Positions 54,358 through 64,000 of a stretch of 64,000 nucleotides of DNA are shown piece after piece. Each line of letters opens with the position of its first letter. Position 1 is the stretch's first letter. The position numbers and the translations under genes were made by a program. The DNA is from Thalia democratica. Taxonomy: Eukaryota. The notes beneath the pieces were generated by a model. That model had not been told where the DNA came from, made no database searches, and saw only the letters and a list, made by a program, of their open reading frames with translations. The stretch spans positions 25,730,001 to 25,794,000 of the forward strand of contig OZ241834.1 in the NCBI GenBank assembly GCA_965202585.1, given 5' to 3'.

Positions 54358-57300
54358 GATGAATGAATAATAAAGCGACCAAAACGATACTTGCAAGAGT
54401 TACTGACTGTGACGAATTGACTGTCGAGCAGTTATGCTTTGCAAGGTACCTTTTACTTCTTAGCATTTTTGCATTAGCATGTTTGTTTAACACATATATG
54501 CTTATAAAAACTTAGTTGTCTTATTACGAATGTTGAAAAAGTTCCAGTAAGAAAGAAACCATATCTAACTTGTTCTAAAAGTAATTTTTTTTAAAGCATT
54601 AGTTTGAAAAGTCCAGAAATAACAGCCTGTATCTTACAGCACACCTCTAAATACATTAAGAAAAACATAAATGAAACAAAACATGTTAACACACTCCCGA
54701 CTGAGTTTTCCTTTGCCGCTCACCTAAAGTAATAAAGTTTTAACAAAGCACAAGGTTTTTTTTTACCTCAAACTTAAACAAAGTTTCATTATATCGATTT
54801 CATGGAGTTTTGTTAATCGTAAGTTCTATCAAGTATGTTCAAGTTAATTACAGTTTAAACTAATGTGTAAAAAGTAATTTCAAAAGAATAAAAGAGTTCA
54901 TTTTGTTTAGCTTTACTAGTTATGATTACTCATAATCAATATACTCATAAGCAATGTACTCAAAACTTTTATTAAACAGACAACTAGATAACTTTGTTCT
55001 TGCACATACTAGTAACTTACCTTACAACAATGTTTTCCAAACAACCTTTCAAAAACGTACTGTACAGTAACTATGATGATACTTGTTTGAAAGTTGTAAA
55101 CTACGTTTAAACACAAATTTTATTTTCCAGTGTATATGAAAAACTAGTTTAACAGGTAAGTAGTTTAACATTCAATTGGTGTTTCAAACAACTGATTCAA
55201 GCTGTTATACAGTTTAAAAAATAACTGATGCGATTTTGCTCGTTAAACTTAAACCTTGATCAAACTAAGAACTTTAACTTTGCAGATTTCAACCGAATAA
55301 AGTGTGCTGATAAAAGTGAACAAATGGATTTGGTTGTAAATTTTTCAAACAAAATAAAGTTAATTAAATTCAAAGAAGTAAATAAGTCGAAAAAGCTTAT
55401 GAACACTAGCACTAAATTTGAACTTAAACAAAAGCTGATATCTTTTGGATGAAAAATTTTACGTAAAAAAAGAGGTTGGTTTATTTTTTAAGCAGCATTA
55501 TATACAAAATAAAATCGAGTAAGAAAATCGAAATGAAAAAGTTTTGAAGTAAAATTGACAAACTTAGTGTTTGAATAAAGCTTTGTTTACAATCAGCACT
55601 CATAACCTTTCAATCTATCTTTGAAACTTTTTAACTGGAAAATAATGCAACTAGGTTTTTTTTTCAAACTTTGTTTTGTCACTTCTCATAAAGTTTTAAA
55701 GTCAGTCGAAACAACATAGATACTGACACATATTTTGAAACAACAACAGTACTGTTTTTTAAAGTTTACGATTGAAGTGTTTACCAAGTTAAACATGTGT
55801 TTTAACTGCTTTACTGCTAATAGTAATTTCCTAGTTTACTCAACCTAGATTAATCATAATGTTCTGTACCATTGATTTCATTGACTAAATGTTTTGCTTT
55901 TCGAAATTCGTAACTAGTTATCTCTAACTTACTGTTAATGTAGTTAAAAACACAGCTTAGGATAAGTTACATTTTATTCTCGGATGTCGTTAAGAACATA
56001 GCTGTTGTAGCAATAACATATAAACTTGAAGCAAAGTAACTGTTATCTTATTCAATTATAGACCATATAAAACAAAGTATTTGCTTGATTCAAAGTTTTA
56101 CATTGTAGTTTGCCTATTATGGAACTTGTACTGTCACATAATAGGCTGTAAAAAAATGAAGGCTAAAAAAGTTTTTGTCTTGCTTTGTCCAATTTTTCTT
56201 CTTCTTTACATTTATAAAAACTACACAGCTTAAAGCAACAAGTTACAGTAATTTTGCTTTCTTATGTATAGCGTACTTAAGGGTAACAAACAAGTGGTAA
56301 CAAGTTTTTTACTTCTTTTCTTTGTACCATGTTTCAGCTAATCAATTGGTTTATTTCATATGCTTGACAAGATTAGAAAGCTTAAATCAAGTAAGTAGAT
56401 GTAAGCTTTGTAAAATAAAAGATTTATTTATACAAGTTCATCATTTTATTAAGGTATTTTGTTTTGTAAATTGCGTACTTGTTAATAGCGTTCTCTTTCT
56501 TTTGAACAAACGATGTTGTTTACATTTATGTGTTACACCAGTTTTGAATTGCTAAGCATGTTTCAGTTGTAGTTTAATTGTAATTGAACAGTATTTTTTA
56601 AGGACACTAAACATTGTTTGTTATTAACAGTTTAAAACGTTTTCAGTTAATAAGTCAAAGTTTTATTTCTGTTTAAGCGTACTATTTTCATTGAAAAATA
56701 AAAATAGTTTTTACAGTGACGTAGGCACAGTTTTTTTTAATAAACTAAAAAACAAATGAAATATTGAATTAAAAAATGTCCACAAAGTAAGCATGAATAA
56801 GAATAAGTTTTATTTGGAAAAGAAAGTTAAAAGGAAAAAGGCCACGAAAAAGACACTCAAGTTAGTTAAAGCTTTTCACTAAGCATTCGACAATAGTAAG
56901 CAATAAAGTAAGGATTAGAGCAGTTATCTAGCTAGAGTTCCTTTCTTAACAGTTGCATAAAAAAAGTACAGTAGAGAAATTGTAGCGAGCTAGGTATTTA
57001 ATAAATAATGGGTTTATAGTTTGGAGGGAAATTGTTTTTTGATTCTTTTTCACCACAAAGTTGATTAAGTGTGTGTATTTGTGTTGTTGAGTTTAGTAGT
57101 CATTAGTAGCTTGTGTATTTAATTGGTGATCCACCTAATCTTTAGATTCAAAAAGTACATAGCTTAAAACAAACAAGTATCGTCGTTTTGAGTTGTCTCA
57201 TACATAGTTTAAAAAAGAGTTACAAAAAATGGTAACAAGCTGTTCCATTTTTATCTTGGAATCATGTCGTTATTTGTCATAGCCACAGAAAAAATGAGTT

Positions 57301-58892
57301 CAACAAAACAAGTATGAGCTTTGTAAGCAGAAAGATTATTTCAATTGTATGTTTGTTTTAAACAATCACTGTTGTTTACATTACTGTTCAACTTTTAAAC
57401 AGTTTTTTATTGTTTCATTTGCATTCTGATAAGTAAAACTAATACTTATTTGACAATCAGACCTTAAATAAATATCATTGAGCATTTTTAGTATCAAAGC
57501 AAAGTAAATGTTTCTTCTCATTTAATATAATGTCTTATTTAAGCATAATTTTTTATTTAGTGACAGATTGATTTTTTTATTAAACTAACAACAAATATCT
57601 ATTGAGTGTTTGAAAAACAAGTTTACAAAGTAAAATGAACTAGAATAAGTTTTGTTTAAACAATAAGTTAAACAAGAAAATTCCCATTAAAAAACATTTT
57701 TACCTAACATTTAAATACTAGTGAAGCAGAAAAACTTATTCTACATTATCAAAAGTAGTTTAAAATGTCAAGTAGAACTACAAAAACTAAAGTAAGTGTA
57801 ACTAACTAGTAGAAACAAAAACAGAGAAATTCAGCTTTAGAAAGTTTATTTAGAAGTTATTGAAACACACTAACTGTTACTTTTTACCAACACGCACAAT
57901 GTAGATATAAATTTGTACATTTTTTTGTCGCTTAGTTTAAGCTTGTTTGACACTGTTTACTCGACATTAGTAGCTGCTTAAATCAACTGGTGGTCCTGAT
58001 TACTTTAGATATGTAGAAACATAACTTTCAACAAACTACTAGAGTTGTTAAAGGTCAGTAAGTTGTCTCATATCTAGTTAAAACAAGTACCTTTTACTTT
58101 GAAAACTAGAATAATAAATTACTTAAAAAAGTACAAGCAGTTACTTTTTTGTGTTTTACCAAGTTTCAACCAATGAGCTGGTTTGTTTTGTGTGTTTATG
58201 TTTTGAATTGAAAATGTTTCTTGAATATGCTAAACAGAAGTTAGCTTTGAAAGAAGGAATATGTTATTTTACTTGAAAAACACATCTGTAATTTTTTGTC
58301 TTGAACAACCATTTTTGTATTCATTTATGTATTCGTAACTTTTTAAAACGTGTTACATGGCTTCAATTGCAGTTAAGTTGATAAGAAGAACTCGTTTAAA
58401 AAGTTAAAGCTCGGTTGTGTTACTAATAATCAACAACAACTTAAAATAAAGTTACAACTAAGTTTTTGCATGTTATAAGTGATATACATTTTTGTTTAAA
58501 AAGATGATACTTTTTTGTAAGCACTTATTTATTGAATGTTTCAACAGAACTTCAGCAAATGAATAAAAACAAGTGTTTTGTACAAAAAGTATTCAGATGA
58601 AAAATCTTACGGACAACAAAATCAAGTTAGTTAAACATCTTTTACAAACCATTTGATTACAAGCACTACTACTGTTTTTAGACTAATGCAATGCTTTTTC
58701 TACAATATAACGAGTTACAAGTTTATAAAGTATTTGAAACAAAAAAAAAGTGTGTTCATTCAAGTATATGAGTTTTTAATTTACACAAATAAGAATTTAT
58801 TTGTACTAAGCTTATATTCTTGTACTTTAAGTAAACATGAACAGCTGGTTCTATTCAAATGGTGGTCCTGAAAAGGACCGGTTGTTTAGCGT

Positions 58893-59252
58893 TTATTTTG
58901 AGCTGGTGTATTTGGTAACAGCTTTAGTTCCTTCTGAAACTGCGTGCTTTGACAACTCGCCGGGGAGCAAGAGCCTGACAGCAGTTTGAATTTCGCGGCT
59001 GCTAACAGTTGACCTCTTGTTGTAATGAGCCAAACGTGAAGCCTCTGCTGCAATGCGCTCGAAGATGTCGTTGACAAATGAGTTCATGATTCCCATTGCC
59101 TTGCTGGAAATTCCGGTGTCGGGGTGCACTTGCTTCAAAACTTTGTACACATAGATGCCAAAGCTTTCTTTGTTCCTCCTCCTTCGCTTCTTCTTGCCGT
59201 CGACCGGAGCGGTCTTGGCTACTGACTTCTTCGCGCCTTTGGTTGCTGTCAT
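58893..59252 (-). CDS. H2B: Histone H2B, unit 9
   Basis: Same protein. Confidence 0.98.
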   Translation of the reverse strand: MTATKGAKKSVAKTAPVDGKKKRRRRNKESFGIYVYKVLKQVHPDTGISSKAMGIMNSFVNDIFERIAAEASRLAHYNKRSTVSSREIQTAVRLLLPGELSKHAVSEGTKAVTKYTSSK

Positions 59253-59416
59253 GATGATGTGTGGACTTCTGTCTCGGCGCCAGTTTATATGCTGAAAAAT
59301 TATGCAAATTAGCATAGTTCCGTACGCGAACGATAGCTGGTTTCTCTCACTTCACAATTCTCTCGTTTGTTGTAAATATTTTGGTGGTCCTGAAAAGGAC
59401 CTGGTTTTTTTTTAAC

Positions 59417-59797
59417 TTAGGCTGACTTTTTTGAAGCGGTCTTCTTAGGCAATAGTACTGCCTGGATGTTTGGAAGAACACCACCTTGAGCAATTGTGAC
59501 GCCTCCGAGAAGTTTGTTCAACTCTTCGTCGTTGCGAATAGCTAGTTGCAAATGGCGAGGAATGATCCTGCTTTTCTTGTTGTCACGAGCAGCGTTACCG
59601 GCAAGCTCGAGCACTTCTGCGCTCAAGTACTCGAGAACGGCAGCCAGATAAACTGGAGCACCAGCTCCGACTCTTTGGCTGTAGTTGCCGGTGCGCAACA
59701 GGCGGTGCACGCGACCGACTGGAAACTGCAGTCCTGCACGGGAAGACCTGCTCTTCGGCTTAGATTTGAGTTTTGATCCTTTACCACGTCCTGACAT
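59417..59797 (-). CDS. H2A: Histone H2A, unit 9
   Basis: Same protein. Confidence 0.98.
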   Translation of the reverse strand: MSGRGKGSKLKSKPKSRSSRAGLQFPVGRVHRLLRTGNYSQRVGAGAPVYLAAVLEYLSAEVLELAGNAARDNKKSRIIPRHLQLAIRNDEELNKLLGGVTIAQGGVLPNIQAVLLPKKTASKKSA

Positions 59798-59979
59798 TTT
59801 GTTGTTCGAATGATTGTGATGATAGCTTGCACAGCTCACTATAAAACTCATACCTAACCGCGTCGAACGAAAAACTAATTTGCATATGTCATAGCTAATG
59901 CTTAATCTTGTCAAAAGTGTTGTAAAACTTTTATATTGAATTAGGTGGTCCTAAAAAGGACCGGGTTTGCTAAAAGCGA

Positions 59980-60327
<348 letters not shown>

Positions 60328-60479
60328 TTATATACAAGCTGTTACGGACGCGTACGGTTACTACTAACTAATTTGCATACTCAAAAAAGTCTCTTAACTT
60401 ACATTTTTTCGTTCGGTTAAGTTTTTCTCACTGTCAAAGTTTTAAGGTGGCCCTGAAAAGGACCGGTTTTAGCTAACGC

Positions 60480-60971
<492 letters not shown>

Positions 60972-61071
60972 CTAATTTGCATATTTTCAACTTAGCATTG
61001 TTTTATGCATTTCGAGTTGCGTTATATTTTGTTTGAGTGGTCCTGAAAAGGACCTTGGGTAAAAGAACAAC

Positions 61072-61632
61072 TTATTTTTTGCAGCTCTTCTTCTTGGATG
61101 CTTTTTTGGCTGCCGGCTTCTTCTTGGTTACTTTCTTCTTCTTGCTTGCAGCTTTTTTAGATGCTGCCTTCTTAGGAGCGCACTTTTTAGCAGGTCGCTT
61201 TTTGGCTGCTGGTTTTTTTGCAGCCTTCTTGGGAGCACACTTCTTTTTTGGTTTTTTAGCTGCGGCCTTCTTTGCTGCTGGCTTTTTAGCTACTTTCTTT
61301 GTCCTCTTCTTGGGCCCAGCAGCTGGCATTGGAGCAAGCTTGAACGAGCCAGAAGCGCCTTTTCCAGTTGTCTGGAGAAAAGCACCTTTGGTCACGCCGC
61401 TGGTAAGTGCTCTCTTCAAGTGAGAATTGGAAGCTGTGAGGTCAAGCTTGTAGGTGTCCGCAATAAACTTTTGTATCTTCTGGCGGGATGTACCTTTTCG
61501 TTCCTTCATTGCTCCAAGGGCAGAGCTAATCATTTCCCTGTAAGTAGGGTGCTCTGCCTTCTTGGCGCTTGGTCTCTTGGAGGACCTGGCTGCGGCTGGC
61601 GCTGGTACTGCTGCTACTGCTGTGGTAGACAT
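61072..61632 (-). CDS. H1: Histone H1, unit 9
   Basis: Type B H1 protein. Confidence 0.96.
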   Translation of the reverse strand: MSTTAVAAVPAPAAARSSKRPSAKKAEHPTYREMISSALGAMKERKGTSRQKIQKFIADTYKLDLTASNSHLKRALTSGVTKGAFLQTTGKGASGSFKLAPMPAAGPKKRTKKVAKKPAAKKAAAKKPKKKCAPKKAAKKPAAKKRPAKKCAPKKAASKKAASKKKKVTKKKPAAKKASKKKSCKK

Positions 61633-64000
61633 GATGAATGAATAATAAAGCGACCAAAACGATACTTGCAAGAGTTACTGACTGTGACGAATTGACTGTC
61701 GAGCAGTTATGCTTTGCAAGGTACCTTTTACTTCTTAGCATTTTTGCATTAGCATGTTTGTTTAACACATATATGCTTATAAAAACTTAGTTGTCTTATT
61801 ACGAATGTTGAAAAAGTTCCAGTAAGAAAGAAACCATATCTAACTTGTTCTAAAAGTAATTTTTTTTAAAGCATTAGTTTGAAAAGTCCAGAAATAACAG
61901 CCTGTATCTTACAGCACACCTCTAAATACATTAAGAAAAACATAAATGAAACAAAACATGTTAACACACTCCCGACTGAGTTTTCCTTTGCCGCTCACCT
62001 AAAGTAATAAAGTTTTAACAAAGCACAAGGTTTTTTTTTACCTCAAACTTAAACAAAGTTTCATTATATCGATTTCATGGAGTTTTGTTAATCGTAAGTT
62101 CTATCAAGTATGTTCAAGTTAATTACAGTTTAAACTAATGTGTAAAAAGTAATTTCAAAAGAATAAAAGAGTTCATTTTGTTTAGCTTTACTAGTTATGA
62201 TTACTCATAATCAATATACTCATAAGCAATGTACTCAAAACTTTTATTAAACAGACAACTAGATAACTTTGTTCTTGCACATACTAGTAACTTACCTTAC
62301 AACAATGTTTTCCAAACAACCTTTCAAAAACGTACTGTACAGTAACTATGATGATACTTGTTTGAAAGTTGTAAACTACGTTTAAACACAAATTTTATTT
62401 TCCAGTGTATATGAAAAACTAGTTTAACAGGTAAGTAGTTTAACATTCAATTGGTGTTTCAAACAACTGATTCAAGCTGTTATACAGTTTAAAAAATAAC
62501 TGATGCGATTTTGCTCGTTAAACTTAAACCTTGATCAAACTAAGAACTTTAACTTTGCAGATTTCAACCGAATAAAGTGTGCTGATAAAAGTGAACAAAT
62601 GGATTTGGTTGTAAATTTTTCAAACAAAATAAAGTTAATTAAATTCAAAGAAGTAAATAAGTCGAAAAAGCTTATGAACACTAGCACTAAATTTGAACTT
62701 AAACAAAAGCTGATATCTTTTGGATGAAAAATTTTACGTAAAAAAAGAGGTTGGTTTATTTTTTAAGCAGCATTATATACAAAATAAAATCGAGTAAGAA
62801 AATCGAAATGAAAAAGTTTTGAAGTAAAATTGACAAACTTAGTGTTTGAATAAAGCTTTGTTTACAATCAGCACTCATAACCTTTCAATCTATCTTTGAA
62901 ACTTTTTAACTGGAAAATAATGCAACTAGGTTTTTTTTTCAAACTTTGTTTTGTCACTTCTCATAAAGTTTTAAAGTCAGTCGAAACAACATAGATACTG
63001 ACACATATTTTGAAACAACAACAGTACTGTTTTTTAAAGTTTACGATTGAAGTGTTTACCAAGTTAAACATGTGTTTTAACTGCTTTACTGCTAATAGTA
63101 ATTTCCTAGTTTACTCAACCTAGATTAATCATAATGTTCTGTACCATTGATTTCATTGACTAAATGTTTTGCTTTTCGAAATTCGTAACTAGTTATCTCT
63201 AACTTACTGTTAATGTAGTTAAAAACACAGCTTAGGATAAGTTACATTTTATTCTCGGATGTCGTTAAGAACATAGCTGTTGTAGCAATAACATATAAAC
63301 TTGAAGCAAAGTAACTGTTATCTTATTCAATTATAGACCATATAAAACAAAGTATTTGCTTGATTCAAAGTTTTACATTGTAGTTTGCCTATTATGGAAC
63401 TTGTACTGTCACATAATAGGCTGTAAAAAAATGAAGGCTAAAAAAGTTTTTGTCTTGCTTTGTCCAATTTTTCTTCTTCTTTACATTTATAAAAACTACA
63501 CAGCTTAAAGCAACAAGTTACAGTAATTTTGCTTTCTTATGTATAGCGTACTTAAGGGTAACAAACAAGTGGTAACAAGTTTTTTACTTCTTTTCTTTGT
63601 ACCATGTTTCAGCTAATCAATTGGTTTATTTCATATGCTTGACAAGATTAGAAAGCTTAAATCAAGTAAGTAGATGTAAGCTTTGTAAAATAAAAGATTT
63701 ATTTATACAAGTTCATCATTTTATTAAGGTATTTTGTTTTGTAAATTGCGTACTTGTTAATAGCGTTCTCTTTCTTTTGAACAAACGATGTTGTTTACAT
63801 TTATGTGTTACACCAGTTTTGAATTGCTAAGCATGTTTCAGTTGTAGTTTAATTGTAATTGAACAGTATTTTTTAAGGACACTAAACATTGTTTGTTATT
63901 AACAGTTTAAAACGTTTTCAGTTAATAAGTCAAAGTTTTATTTCTGTTTAAGCGTACTATTTTCATTGAAAAATAAAAATAGTTTTTACAGTGACGTAGG

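Overview
The whole window is a eukaryotic (metazoan-type) tandem array of replication-dependent histone genes. It holds nine co-oriented quintets, all on the minus strand, in transcription order H1-H3-H4-H2A-H2B, and all 45 CDSs are intact and intronless. Each gene ends in a 16-nt GGYYYU-loop-ARRRCC histone stem-loop. Two repeat subtypes meet head to tail: a 6662-bp type A (about 1-8.5 kb) and a near-invariant 7275-bp type B (about 8.9-64 kb), with the switch inside the unit-2 H2A gene. Points of note: intergenic gaps of only 164-188 bp; very short UTRs; an invariant TATGCAAATTAG plus CGCGT promoter module on all four core histones (inverted in H2B, absent from H1); no uniform U7-type downstream element; shared non-canonical residues in H3 and H4; a Cys-containing H1 without S/T-P sites; one H3 R26H copy; and an AT-rich spacer partly built from decayed ~870-bp tandem duplicates of the H2B 3' flank. 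I found no rRNA, tRNA, snRNA, transposon or CRISPR. The taxon cannot be assigned from sequence alone. All comparisons were made by eye. Histone arrays are a well-known class, so any novelty lies in the details, not in a new gene system I can demonstrate.
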